Source: Mobula hypostoma (Eukaryota). From it: 64,000 nt of DNA. The position numbers were made by a program, and so were the translations under genes. The notes below the pieces were generated by a model. That model searched no databases and had not been told where the DNA came from. It saw only the letters and a list, made by a program, of their open reading frames with translations. Location: positions 118,484,001 through 118,548,000 of the forward strand of contig NC_086097.1 in NCBI RefSeq assembly GCF_963921235.1, written 5' to 3'. Positions 11,869 through 23,192 of the stretch are shown in pieces. The stretch's first letter is position 1; each line of letters begins with the position of its first letter.

Positions 11869-12190
11869 GACGCAGACTGGGAGACCGCTTTACTGAACAT
11901 CTACGCTCTGTCCGCCAGAGAAAGCAGGATCTCCCAGTGGCCACACATTTTAATTCCACATCCCATTCCCATTCTGACATGTCTATCCACGGCCTCCTCT
12001 ACTGTAAAGATGAAGCCACACTCAGGTTGGAGGAACAACACCTTATATTCCGTCTGGGTAGCCTCCAACCTGATGGCATGAACATTGACTTCTCTAACTT
12101 CCGCTAGGCCCCACCTCCCCCTCGTACCCCAGCTGTTACTCACTTTTATGCACACATTCTTTCTCTCACTCTCCTTTTTCTCCCTCTGTC
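11869..12190 (+). mobile_element. Second Penelope-like GIY-YIG fragment
   Basis: RRLGDRFTEHLRSVRQRKQDLPVATHFNSTSHSHSD...NIDFSNFR; near-identical to 9092-9380. Confidence 0.88.
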
Positions 12191-12522
12191 TATGGGTTCC
12201 GTTTCAAGGATTATTTAACTCACGTTCTCAGTATTATTTATTTATTGATTGATTGATTGTCTTTTCATAGTTTCTTTTAGTCCAAAGACCTCATCCCTGG
12301 GAGAGAAAGCATTTATGCCTGGGGCCAACTTGAAAGACTGGCCCAGGATGGCGACTCTGGTGAGCTGCTGTTAGTGGCCTATGTCAGGTAAGGACGATGG
12401 GCTTAAGAAAAGGAAGCCATTTTGTTTTCTTTTCGATAATGATTGTTTGTACATCTTTATATGTAGCTTTTCATTGATTCTGTTGTATTTCTTTGTTCTA
12501 CTGTGAATACCTGTAAGGAAAT

Positions 12523-12946
12523 AGGTTGAGTGAACCCGACCTTTTTACTTTGGAGCAACGGAGGATGAGAGGTGACCTGATAGAGGTGTATAAGATGATG
12601 AGAGACATTGATTGTGTGGATAGTCAGAGGCTTTTCCCCAAGGCTGAAATGGCTAGTATGAGAGGGCACAGTTTAAAGGTGCTTGGAAGTAGGTACAGAG
12701 GAGATATCAGGGATAATTTTTTTACACAGAGAGTGGTGAATGGGTGGAATGGGCTGCTGGTGATAGTGGTGAAGGTGGATATGATAGGGTCTTTTAAGAG
12801 ACTCCTGCACAGGTGTATGGAGCTCAGAAAAATAGAAGGCTATGGGTAACCCTCGGTAATTTCTCAGGTAAAGACATGTTTGGCACAGCTTTGGGGGCTG
12901 AAGGGCCTGTGTTGCGCTGTAGGTTTTCTAGTTTATATGTTTCTAT
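12523..12946 (+). mobile_element. CR1 3' end inserted into a TTTGAAC-tail repeat
   Basis: LFTLEQRRMRGDLIEVYKMM...FFTQRVVNGWNGL, TTTCTATG-type tail; GAAAT duplicated at 12518-12522 and 12947-12951; host repeat resumes after it. Confidence 0.85.
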
Positions 12947-13024
12947 GAAATGAATCCCAAACCAATACATGGTGAAATATGTGTACTTCAATAATAAGCT
13001 TACTTTGAACTTTGAACTGTGAAC

Positions 13025-13320
13025 TCTAAGAACAGGGTTAAATCCCTCTTCTGTCTGTAGGAGTTTTTACATTTTCTTGTGCCCATTGCTGGTTTCCCCT
13101 GGGAGCTTTGGTTTTGTCCTATATTCTAAAGACATAAATTGTTTGAGTTGGTAAGTTGTGGACACGCTGTGATTGATGCCAGAAATGTGCTGACACTTGT
13201 AGGCTGGCCCTAGCGCATGACGAGTGTGTTGGTCGTTGATGCAACTGCACATTTCACTGTATATTTGGGTGTTTATATGAACATACCGTACCTGTTACAA
13301 ATAAAGCTAATCAGTAATCT
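13025..13320 (+). mobile_element. Degraded V-SINE-like SINE
   Basis: GGGTTAAATCC (B-box-like), CTGTCTGTAGGAGTTTTTACATTTTC...GGTTTCCCCTGGG core shared with 61978-62225. Confidence 0.55.
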
Positions 13321-14032
13321 TCATGGGGAGGGTATTCTTCCTGATTGAGGAGCCCAAAACAGGGATCATAGTCTCAAGGTAACGCAGATGACTGAACCGA
13401 GGGCAGCGTAAAGACAGTTCCATTCATCCAGGTTTATTCCTAATATTCAGTGCTGACTGTCTTCTCATTCCCCAGGTGACAGGGTTTCTCCAAACAGTTT
13501 TATTGTCTACTGTAAATTGGACCAAATATGTAGGTGGAAGGTAAAGTCCAGGAAGGGACGGTAAGAGTATATCAAGAACAAAATGAGATTCGCAAATGAA
13601 TGTACAAGTGGTCATTGCAGACTCAAATGGATTGAAGTCCCCAGCCTGTGAGATATGACTCAGCATAGAGAAATTCCTTGATTTGATGCAGGATGAATAT
13701 TAGAAATGCTCTATCCCAATGGACCGCGGAGACTCAGTCACTGGCTGCATTTGGAAATGAAATAGATGAAGATTAGAAAAATTAAGAAATGTGATGATTA
13801 TGCTGGACCATAGAGTTCAAGGTAGATGAGTCATGATCTTGTTGAAAGGCAGAACCAATAAAGGAGTCAAATTCCCTCCTCTTGCATCTATTTCTTTTTT
13901 TGCTGTTGATTTTTATCTAGAGTAATGTTTTCTGGATGTCTAAGGTTTTTGCACTTGATGCAGGAATCAGATTCAGATTTATCATGCACACCAGAATGTA
14001 CAGTGAAATGTGTTGTATGCCTGAACAAGCAT

Positions 14033-14793
14033 TATCATGATTTTGTAACGTACCAGCAGCAAGAGATGACAAATTGAGTCAGGTTTTAATATCAAAACCA
14101 CTATATTTATTTACATCTACTCAAAAATATAGAAAATCAAATAAACTACTTTCTTAAACAAAAGTTAACAGTGCTATGCGTCTATGCTCCCTTACAGTCA
14201 AACTTAGAACCTGTTCTTAAAAAATCTTACTCAAGCACAGTCGTAAAGAGGCAGTTCAGAGAGTCCCAGTAATTCACGAAATAGGTGAGAGGAGAGACTT
14301 GTGGATTCACAATGCAGCGATGAGGCGATCACGACGAATTCCAAAGATTCCACGGCTAGCGAACGAAGAAACGGTTACCGAAGATCTCAGCCGAGGAATA
14401 CTGTTCTGAAGTCTACGAAGAGCGATTTCACAAAGTGACTGTCATGAAATCCACACCTATGGATCATACGAAGGACAGACACATCTCCACAATGCACAGC
14501 GTGCCGCTGATTAACTCAATCCTTTGGGTTAGGGTAAGCATTACAGTTTACTCTTCTCGATCGTGAGCTGTTTCCGGATATATCAAAGTCTGCAATCTTC
14601 TCTCTCTCTCTTTCCTTCGACTCCTTCTCAGAAGAAATGTCCACATTTCTTTTATACCGTCAGCATACATCATAAGGTAACGTTCACAGAAACAAAACTG
14701 TGGACTCAAAGTAAAACGAAACTGGGGACACGTAACACCCACAGTAAACGAAACTATGTACTCCCAGGAAAACGAAACTGTGGACACATCACA
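14033..14793 (-). repeat. 3' LTR of Gmr1-like element
   Basis: Direct repeat of 17793-18555; follows the PPT on the minus strand; starts TGTGATG. Confidence 0.92.
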
Positions 14794-14999
14794 CCTTCCC
14801 CCAAGAAGAGAAAATTTTGATCTGTAAGAGCAAATTTTAACTATAATCTACAATATGTGGAATGATACAAATACGGTTATCATACAGCACACTACAAATT
14901 AAAACAGCATATTTCAGGAGCATATACAAATATTAAATTCCACTCCATTCTTAAAATTACATCGCAAGTTTAACATCTGCATTGCAGCTTTTGCCTTTC

Positions 15000-17630
15000 C
15001 AGATGTTAATCAATTACGTTATCCTTGCCTTTATAGTGAGTTATCATAATCACACTACAAAGTCAATCTCCATTGTTGAATTGGAGTTTCATTAACCATT
15101 TTCCAACATAATGTATACACAGGGTCTTGTTCAGCAATTCTACATTTTTCAATATTCATATGATATGGATGTTGTTCTATAGGTTTATTATTACCTGCAT
15201 CTACATCATGTACGGCCACTGTGGTTCTTTTTGGGATATCAGGAAATAAATCCTTAAATATCATAATTAACTGCTTCATCTGCTGCCACTGCTGTGGCTG
15301 TAAATGAACCAGTTTGTCATCAATATTTTCCAAAATAGTCGAATTTGTCAATCTGGCTGAAATAATGTTTGGTTTAAAATAGGCCTCAGATGGATCATCT
15401 AATAAATTTCCAGAGAACTCACATCCATCTTTGTTTACAGCAACCACCACAGCTGCAGTTTGTTTTTCATGACACAGTTTAAGTATATTTATGTGATAAA
15501 ACTGTGTTGGCCTTCGTCTGTCTGGTATTTTGACTACATAGTCCACATCATTAACTTTAGCCATAGTTTCAGAGGGACCATGAAACCTAGTTTGTAGAGG
15601 GTTTGCTTGTACAGAAAGCAAAACAAGCACTTTATCTTCTGGCTTGAATGACCTCATTCTGGCTTGTTTATCATACCAAGTTTTCATTCCTTCCTGGTCT
15701 GATTTTAAATTTTCCTTTGCTAGGTTGCAAGCTCTTTGTAATTTGTCCTTGATTGTCAAAACATAATCTAGCAAATTAACATGCAGGTCATTGTTAACCC
15801 ACTGTTCCTTTAACAATGCCAAAGATCCTCGGACCTGGTGACCAAATACGAGTTCAAAGGGACTAAAGCCTAGGGACTCTTGTACTGACTCCCTTACTGC
15901 AAATAAAATCAAATAAACTCCTTCATCCCAATCCAATCCTTCTCATTTTCAATACAGAATGTCCTAATCATGGTTTTGAGGGTAGAATGGAACCTCTCTA
16001 AGGCCCCTTGGGATTCTGGATGGTATGCAGATTACGTAATCTGTTTGGCTCCCAGTTTGTAAACTACCTGCTGGAATAATCAGACTGAATTTCTTTAGGC
16101 AAACTAAATAATGTAAAAAAATTTTACAAAAGTCTTCGACACGGTTTTGGCTTTTATATTTCTGAGAGGTATTGCCTCTGGAAATCTAGATGCTGTACAC
16201 ATGATAGTTTGCAGATACTGATGACCAGCTTTAGTCTTTGGCAATGGGCCAACACAATTCACAATAACTTTAGAAAAGGGTTCACCAAATGCAGGTATAG
16301 GCTGCAGCGGGGCCACTGGGTGACCTGATTAGGTTTACCCACAACCTGACAAGTGTGACAAGTCATGCAACACGTTGCAAAATCTTTCCTCAACCTAGGC
16401 CAGAAGAATTGTTTTAAAACTTAGTTCACAGTTTTCTTCACACCTAGATATCCACCTGAGGGTTTACTATGGACCAAAGTTAAAATCTCATTCCTATAGG
16501 CTTTAGGAACTACAACCTGGTGAACAATTGCCCATTCCTCACTTGCAGGAACATCAGGTGGTTTCCACTTCCTCATTAACACTCCATCTTTGAAATAGTA
16601 CCCTACTGGCACTTTATCAATCTTCTCACCTGAGAGAGCTTTTTCTTTTAAAGCTACAATCTCAGGGTCTCTGCTCTGTTCTGCTATAAACTCCTTCCTA
16701 GACAGAGATAAATCTTTATTATCAGATCTGGATCCTGGTGAAACAATGAAGGCAGAAAAGTCCGTGACAAGTCATCAAAATTTGATTCCCTTTTTGGGCT
16801 GTCATGAGTAGCCGAATCATGCTGCACAGGACCATCTGCACTCGCAAGTTTCTTGGCCCGAGCTCGAGTTACTGCACATGAGGGATAAATATTAGGATCT
16901 ATCTTTGAATCATCATTGATTGGCTTAGTTATCAGCTGCACTGCAGGAACAAATTTACCACCTGCTAGGACATTCCCTAACAACAAAGAAATAAACTGGG
17001 TCGTAGTCCAATTTTAACAAGTCCTGAAACTAACTCTGACTTCAAAACTACCTTGTGCAGAGGTACAGGAACAATGTCGCACCCAATAGCTCGAATAAGA
17101 TTTACCTCACCAATAGCAGTCTCATCACCAAACTTTAGAACACTGTCTAACATAAGTGACTGAGAAGCTGCAGTATCTCGAAGAATTTTCACCGGTACCA
17201 GGGTTGACCCTTCCTTTACTGAAACAAACCCATCTGATGTAAAATGAAGGAATTCTTTTCTAACCTGACCAGACATATTAGCCTTTGACAGAGCTTCATC
17301 TTTTTTTCTCTGCTCCTTCAGCTGCAAACCTCCTCTGTTTTTCTGCTTCTTCAGTTTCAAGCTGTTTTTGTCATAGCTCAATCTTGAGCTGTTTTCCTCT
17401 TAACTCAGCCTCGAGCTGTTTTTGTTTTAACTCAGCCTCAAACTTTAGTTCTTCCAACTTGAACTGGAGCTCAAGATCACTGGATTTACTTTCAGGAAAT
17501 CTTTTTAACACCACCTCCTCAAAATTCCTCAAAGAAATATATTGCTCAGCTATTCTCCTCTGAATCTGTACCTTTTTCATATCCCATTTTACCACAGAAA
17601 GTCCCTGCTCCTTAGCAATAGCCAACAAGT
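15000..17630 (-). pseudogene. Fragmented gag-protease-integrase-(RT/RNase H remnant) of Gmr1-like element
   Basis: ORF pieces 17371-17628 (coiled-coil gag), 16977-17381 (protease), 16421-16612 and 16104-16316 (integrase: APLQPIPAFGEPFSKVIVNCVGPLP), 15055-15936 (LGFSPFELVFGH, then KPIEQHPY RT start); many stops and frameshifts. Confidence 0.88.
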
Positions 17631-17774
17631 TGTCCTAATGCCTTAGGGATTGGTGATGCCAGAAATGCCCCGATATCCATTGCTGCTGGTTTCCCAATAC
17701 AAGTCAATCAAAAGCATAATAGCCAATGAGTTTGATAATCAATCAATTAATAAGCTCCAAATTCGTTCATTTTG

Positions 17775-17788
17775 CGGATGAACCCCCA
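17775..17788 (-). promoter_or_regulatory. Primer-binding site, tRNA-Pro type
   Basis: TGGGGGTTCATCCG versus canonical TGGGGGCTCGTCCG (two transitions). Confidence 0.8.
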
Positions 17789-17792
17789 ATTT

Positions 17793-18555
17793 TGTCACGA
17801 TTTTGTAATGTACCAGCAGCAAGAGATGACAAATTGAGTTGGGTTTTAATATCAAGACCACTATATTTATTTACATCTACTCAAAAATATAGAAAACCAA
17901 ATAAACTACTTTCTTAAACGGAAGTTAACAGTGAAATGCATCTATAGCTCCCTTACAGTCAAACTTAGAACCTGTTCTTAACAAATCTTACTCAAGCACA
18001 GTTGTAAAGTGGCAGTTCAGAGAGTCCCAGAAATTCACGAAATAGCTGAGAGGAGAGACTTGTGGATTCACAATGCAGCGACGAGGCGATCACGACGAAT
18101 TCCAAAGATTCCACGGCTAGCGAACGAAGAAATGGTTACTGAAGATCCAAGCCGAAGAATACTGTTTCGAAGTCCACAGAGAGCGATTTCACAAAGTGAC
18201 TGTCACAAAATCTGCACCCATGCATCATACGAAGGACAGACACGTCTCCACAATGCACAATGTGCCGCTGATTAACCCAATCCTTTGGGTTTGGGTAAGC
18301 ATTAGACTTTGCCCTTCTTGATCGTGAGCTGTTCCTGGATAGCTCAAAGTTTGCAATCTTCACTCTCTCTCTCTTTCCTTCGACTCCTTCACAGAAAAAT
18401 GTCCACATTTCTTTTATACTGTCGGCATACGTCATAAGGTAACGCTCACAGAAACAAAACTGGAGACTCAAAGTAAAATGAAACTGGGGACACATGATAA
18501 TCACAGTAAACAAAACTATGGACTCCCAGGAAAACAAAACTGTGGACATGTAACA
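17793..18555 (-). repeat. 5' LTR of Gmr1-like element
   Basis: TGTTACA...CGTGACA termini; about 19 differences from the 3' LTR in the leftmost ~308 bp by manual count (~6%). Confidence 0.92.
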
Positions 18556-19499
18556 ACATACATTCAAGGATATGCCTGGGGAAGCCCACAAGTTCTGGCA
18601 CCAACGTAGCATACCCACTATGCATATAAAAATAAGAGTATGAACTGGGAACGAGTAACTTTTCATCCCAGCTGACCTTAGCTTATCGAGAAACTATTAC
18701 AATTTTCAAAGTCTCTGCTTCTACGGCCCATGGAGAATGAGATTTCCAAACATTCAGAATCCTCTCAGATAAAACAATTCCCTTATATCTGTCTTAAGTT
18801 GGCGATCTTTAGTTTTATACAGTGATTTTATTTCTATATATGTACACAACAGAAAGTATCGTCTTGACATCTAACCAGACAAGGCCTCTCAGGATCTTAT
18901 ATTTCAAACAATACATATCTTGTTCTAAGTTCCAGTAAAACAGGACAAGCCTTGTAGAATGACTCTTCCTTTTGAGAACAACTTCCTCAGACAGAAATAG
19001 CATCAGTGATTTCTTTACTCTTAGGAAATATCCTTTTGTGGTCTATTTCCTTTGTGTTTCTACCTTATATGACTGTTTAGTAAACAGCCTTTGTCAGCAG
19101 CCTGTAGAGCACATTAAACAGTTGAAGGAGGCTCTGGCAGGAGACCAATCTTCTAGAAATGCTGCATTTCTCCCCAAAGGACAGTTCATGCAATATGCAG
19201 CCGTGTGAACCATGTGTGGCTGCTGTACATAGACTATCTAGTTTTGTGGAGACCAGACTAGAGACTTACAGTATTAATCTTTCGGAAATATAGCCCTGGC
19301 CAACCGAGATACCGAGAGTATGTGGTGGACTATTAGTTTCATATTCTCTTGGACTAATTGAAGCTCCCCAGACTCAGCCAGGTAATTCATACCAGAACAA
19401 GTTTAACACTTTGGAAAGACTTAAGCACCACTTTGATACACTTAACCATGATAAATTTCTTGTTTTACTCCCTTAAGGAAGTTATATACATGGAAAATA

Positions 19500-20063
19500 T
19501 TGTTGTTTGACACAACCTGCACTGTAGCTCAGAAGGGTAGGGCAAGGAAGAGGAGGGCAGTTGTGATAGGGGACTCGATAGTAAGGGGGTCAGATAGGCG
19601 ATTCTGTGGACGCAGTCCAGAGACCCGGATGGTAGTTTGCCTCCCTGGTGCTAGGGTCCGGGATATTTCTGATCGTGTCCAAGATATCCTGAAGTGGGAG
19701 GGTGAGGAGCCAGAGGTCATGGTACATATAGGTACCAATGACATAGGCAGGAAAAGGGATGAGGTCCTGAAAGGAGAATATAGGGAGCTAGGAAGGGAGT
19801 TGAGAAAAAGGACCGCAAAGGTAGTAATCTCGGGATTACTGCCTGTGCCACGCGACAGTGAGAGTAGGAATACGATGAGGTGGAGGATAAATGCGTGGCT
19901 GAGGGATTGGAGCAGGGGGCAGGGATACAAGTTTTTGGATCATTGGGACCTCTTTTGGCGCAGGCGTGACCTGTACAAAAAGGACGGGTTACACTTGAAT
20001 CCTAGGGGCACCAATATCCTGGCAGGGAGATTAGCGGGGGCTACTGAGGTGACTTTAAACTAG
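19500..20063 (+). CDS. CR1 ORF1p C-terminal SGNH/GDSL esterase domain (5'-truncated; first codons probably flanking DNA)
   Basis: GDSIV, HIGTND and DGLHLN blocks. Confidence 0.9.
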   Translation: MLFDTTCTVAQKGRARKRRAVVIGDSIVRGSDRRFCGRSPETRMVVCLPGARVRDISDRVQDILKWEGEEPEVMVHIGTNDIGRKRDEVLKGEYRELGRELRKRTAKVVISGLLPVPRDSESRNTMRWRINAWLRDWSRGQGYKFLDHWDLFWRRRDLYKKDGLHLNPRGTNILAGRLAGATEVTLN

Positions 20064-23000
20064 AATGGTTGGGGGGTGGGAATCAAATTAAAGAGGCTAG
20101 GCGTGAGGAGGTTAGTTCACAACAGAGGGATGGGAACCAGTGCAGAGAGACAGAGGGGTGTAAAGTGAGGGTAGAAGCAAAAAGTACAAAGGAGAAAAGT
20201 AAAAGTGGCAGGCCAACAAATCCAGGGCAAGCATTAAAAAGGGCCACTTTTCAACATAATTGTATAAGGGCTAAGAGAGTTGTAAAAGAGCGCCTGAAGG
20301 CTTTATGTGTCAATGCAAGGAGCATTCGTAACAAGGTGGATGAATTGAAAGTGCAGATTGTTATTAATGATTATGATATAGTTGGGATCACAAAGACATG
20401 TCTCCAGGGTGACCAGGGATGGGAGCTCAACGTTCAGGGATATTCAATATTCAGGAGGGATAGACATGAAGGAAGGGGAGGTGGGGTGGCGTTGCTGGTT
20501 AAAGAAGAGATTAACGCAATAGAAAGGAAGGACATAAGCCGGGAAGATGTGGAATCGATATGGGTAGAGCTGCGTAACACTAAGGGGCAGAAGACGCTGG
20601 TGGGAGTTGTGTACAGGCCACCTAACAGTAGTAGTGAGGTCGGAGATGGTATTAAACAGGAAATTAGAAATGTGTGCAATAAAGGAACAGCAGTTATAAT
20701 GGGTGACTTCAATCTACATGTAGACTGGGTGAACCAAATTGGTAAAGGTGCTGAGGAAGAGGATTTCTTGGAATGTATGCGGGATGGTTTTTTGAACCAA
20801 CATGTCGAGGAACCAACTAGAGAGCAGGCTATTCTGGACTGGGTTTTGAGCAATGAGGAAGGGTTAATTAGCGATCTTGTCGTGAGAGGCCCCTTGGGTA
20901 AGAGTGACCATAATATGGTGGAATTCTTCATTAAGATGGAGAGTGAGATAGTTAATTCAGAAACAAAGGTTCTGAACTTAAAGAGGGGTAACTTTGAAGG
21001 AATGAGACGTGAATTAGCTAAGATAGACTGGCAAATGACACTTAAAGGATTGACGGTGGATATGCAATGGCAAGCATTTAAAGGTTGCATGGATGAACTA
21101 CAACAATTGTTCATCCCAGTTTGGCAAAAGGATAAATCAAGGAAGGTAGTGCACCCGTGGCTGACAAGAGAAATTAGGGATAGTATCAATTCCAAAGAAG
21201 TAGCATACAAATTAGCCAGAGAAAGTGGCTCACCTGAGGACTGGGAGAAATTCAGAGTTCAGCAGAGGGGGACAAAGGGCTTAATTAGGAAGGGGAAAAA
21301 AGATAATGAGAGAAAACTGGCGGGGAACATAAAAACGGACTGTAAAAGCTTTTATAGATATGTAAAAAGGAAAAGACTGGTAAAGACAAATGTAGGTCCC
21401 CTGCAGACAGAAACAGGTGAATTGATTATGGGGAGCAAGGACATGGCAGACCAATTGAATAATTACTTTGGTTCTGTCTTCACTAAGGAGGACATAAATA
21501 ATCTTCCAGAAATAGTAAGGGACAGAGGGTCCAGTGAGATGGAGGAACTGAGTGAAATACATGTTAGTAGGGAAGTGGTGTTAGGTAAATTGAAGGGATT
21601 GAAGGCAGATAAATCCCCAGGGCCAGATGGTCTGCATCCCAGAGTGCTTAAGGAAGTAGCCCAAGAAATAGTGGATGCATTAGTGATAATTTTTCAAAAC
21701 TCGTTAGATTCTGGACTAGTTCCTGAGGATTGGAGGGTGGCTAATGTAACCCCACTTTTTAAAAAAGGAGGGAGAGAGAAACCGGGGAATTATAGACCGG
21801 TTAGCCTAACGTCGGTGGTGGGGAAACTGCTGGAGTCAGTTATCAAGGATGTGATAACAGCACATTTGGAAAGCGGTGAAATGATCGGACAAAGTCAGCA
21901 TGATTTTGTGAAAGGAAAATCATGTCTGACGAATCTCATAGAATTTTTTGAGGATGTAACTAGTAGAGTGAATAGGGGAGAACCAGTGGATGTGGTATAT
22001 TTGGATTTTCAAAAGGCTTTTGACAAGGTCCCACACAGGAGATTAGTGTGCAAACTTAAAGCACACGGTATTGGGGGTAAGGTATTGGTGTGGGTGGAGA
22101 ATTGGTTAGCAGACAGGAAGCAAAGAGTGGGAATAAACGGGACCTTTTCAGAATGGCAGGCGGTGACTAGTGGGGTACTGCAAGGCTCAGTGCTGGGACC
22201 CCAGTTGTTTACAATATATATTAATGACTTGGATGAGGGAATTAAATGCAGCATCTCCAAGTTTGCGGATGACACGAAGCTGGGTGGCAGTGTTAGCAGT
22301 GAGGAGGATGCTAAGAGGATGCAGAGTGACTTGGATAGGTTGGGTGAGTGGGCAAACTCATGGCAGATGCAATTTAATGTGGATAAATGTGAAGTTATCC
22401 ACTTTGGTGGCAAAAATAGGAAAACAGATTATTATCTGAATGGTGGCCGATTAGGAAAAGGGGAGGTGCAACGAGACCTGGGTGTCATTATACACCAGTC
22501 ATTGAAAGTGGGCATGCAGGTACAGCAGGCGGTGAAAAAGGCGAATGGTATGCTGGCATTTATAGCGAGAGGATTCGAGTACAGGAGCAGGGAGGTACTA
22601 CTGCAGTTGTACAAGGCCTTGGTGAGACCACACCTGGAGTATTGTGTGCAGTTTTGGTCCCCTAATCTGAGGAAAGACATCTTTGCCATAGAGGGAGTAC
22701 AAAGAAGGTTCACCAGATTGATTCCTGGGATGGCAGGACTTTCATATGAAGAAAGACTGGATGAACTGGGCTTGTATTCGTTGGAATTTAGAAGATTGAG
22801 GGGGGATCTGATTGAAACGTATAAGATCCTAAAGGGATTGGACAGGCTGGATGCAGGAAGATTGTTCCCGATGTTGGGGAAGTCCAGAATGAGGGGTCAC
22901 AGTTTGAGGATAGAGGGGAAGCCTTTTAGGACCGAGATTAGGAAAAACTTCTTCACACAGAGAGTGGTGAATCTGTGGAATTCTCTGCCACAGGAAACAG

Positions 23001-23192
23001 TTGAGGCCAGTTCATTGGCTATGTTTAAGAGGGAGTTAGATATGGCCCTTGTGGCTACGGGGGTCAGGGGGTATGGAGGGAAGGCTGGGGCGGTGTTCTG
23101 AGTTGGATGATCAGCCATGATCATAATAAATGGCGGTGCAGGCTTGAAGGGCCGAATGGCCTACTCCTGCACCTATTTTCTATGTTTCTATG
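19517..23192 (+). mobile_element. CR1-clade LINE, 5'-truncated within ORF1, with uninterrupted ORF2 and 3' UTR
   Basis: SGNH esterase ORF1 end, APE+RT ORF2, CR1-type 3' UTR ending TTTTCTATGTTTCTATG. Confidence 0.96.
20069..23101 (+). CDS. CR1 ORF2p (APE endonuclease + reverse transcriptase), 1010 codons
   Basis: NARSIRNK, YRPP, MGDFN, SDH (APE); KSPGPDG, NYRPVSLTS, YLDFQKAFD, QGSVLGP, KFADD (RT). Conserved-site changes: GITKTCL (expected GITETWL), QHDF (QHGF), GVLQGS (GVPQGS). Confidence 0.93.
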   Translation: MGGGNQIKEARREEVSSQQRDGNQCRETEGCKVRVEAKSTKEKSKSGRPTNPGQALKRATFQHNCIRAKRVVKERLKALCVNARSIRNKVDELKVQIVINDYDIVGITKTCLQGDQGWELNVQGYSIFRRDRHEGRGGGVALLVKEEINAIERKDISREDVESIWVELRNTKGQKTLVGVVYRPPNSSSEVGDGIKQEIRNVCNKGTAVIMGDFNLHVDWVNQIGKGAEEEDFLECMRDGFLNQHVEEPTREQAILDWVLSNEEGLISDLVVRGPLGKSDHNMVEFFIKMESEIVNSETKVLNLKRGNFEGMRRELAKIDWQMTLKGLTVDMQWQAFKGCMDELQQLFIPVWQKDKSRKVVHPWLTREIRDSINSKEVAYKLARESGSPEDWEKFRVQQRGTKGLIRKGKKDNERKLAGNIKTDCKSFYRYVKRKRLVKTNVGPLQTETGELIMGSKDMADQLNNYFGSVFTKEDINNLPEIVRDRGSSEMEELSEIHVSREVVLGKLKGLKADKSPGPDGLHPRVLKEVAQEIVDALVIIFQNSLDSGLVPEDWRVANVTPLFKKGGREKPGNYRPVSLTSVVGKLLESVIKDVITAHLESGEMIGQSQHDFVKGKSCLTNLIEFFEDVTSRVNRGEPVDVVYLDFQKAFDKVPHRRLVCKLKAHGIGGKVLVWVENWLADRKQRVGINGTFSEWQAVTSGVLQGSVLGPQLFTIYINDLDEGIKCSISKFADDTKLGGSVSSEEDAKRMQSDLDRLGEWANSWQMQFNVDKCEVIHFGGKNRKTDYYLNGGRLGKGEVQRDLGVIIHQSLKVGMQVQQAVKKANGMLAFIARGFEYRSREVLLQLYKALVRPHLEYCVQFWSPNLRKDIFAIEGVQRRFTRLIPGMAGLSYEERLDELGLYSLEFRRLRGDLIETYKILKGLDRLDAGRLFPMLGKSRMRGHSLRIEGKPFRTEIRKNFFTQRVVNLWNSLPQETVEASSLAMFKRELDMALVATGVRGYGGKAGAVF

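Larger units (their letters stand above)
14033..18555 (-). mobile_element. Gmr1-like Gypsy LTR retrotransposon, complete termini, decayed and internally deleted
   Basis: Two ~760-bp direct LTRs, tRNA-Pro PBS, PPT GGGGGAAGG (14794-14802), 4-bp TSD GCAT/ACAT (one mismatch); protease ILRDTAASQS, then integrase, then RT start. Confidence 0.92.

Noticed and set aside
18009..18666. ORFs inside the Gmr1 LTR (88 and 176 aa)
   Set aside because: Not preserved as equivalent ORFs in the sister LTR; no recognisable domain
19270..19330. Minus-strand exon ending at ACT|gtaagt (STTYSRYLGWPGLYFRKINT)
   Set aside because: Good donor but no polypyrimidine acceptor; too short to distinguish from chance
19500..20063. 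Host GDSL/SGNH hydrolase gene
   Set aside because: Directly abuts CR1 ORF2; an esterase domain is a known part of CR1-group ORF1
20434..23124. Minus-strand ORFs (up to 258 aa) over CR1 ORF2, and 7592-8272 over the RTE
   Set aside because: Antisense shadows of LINE coding sequence with no independent motifs
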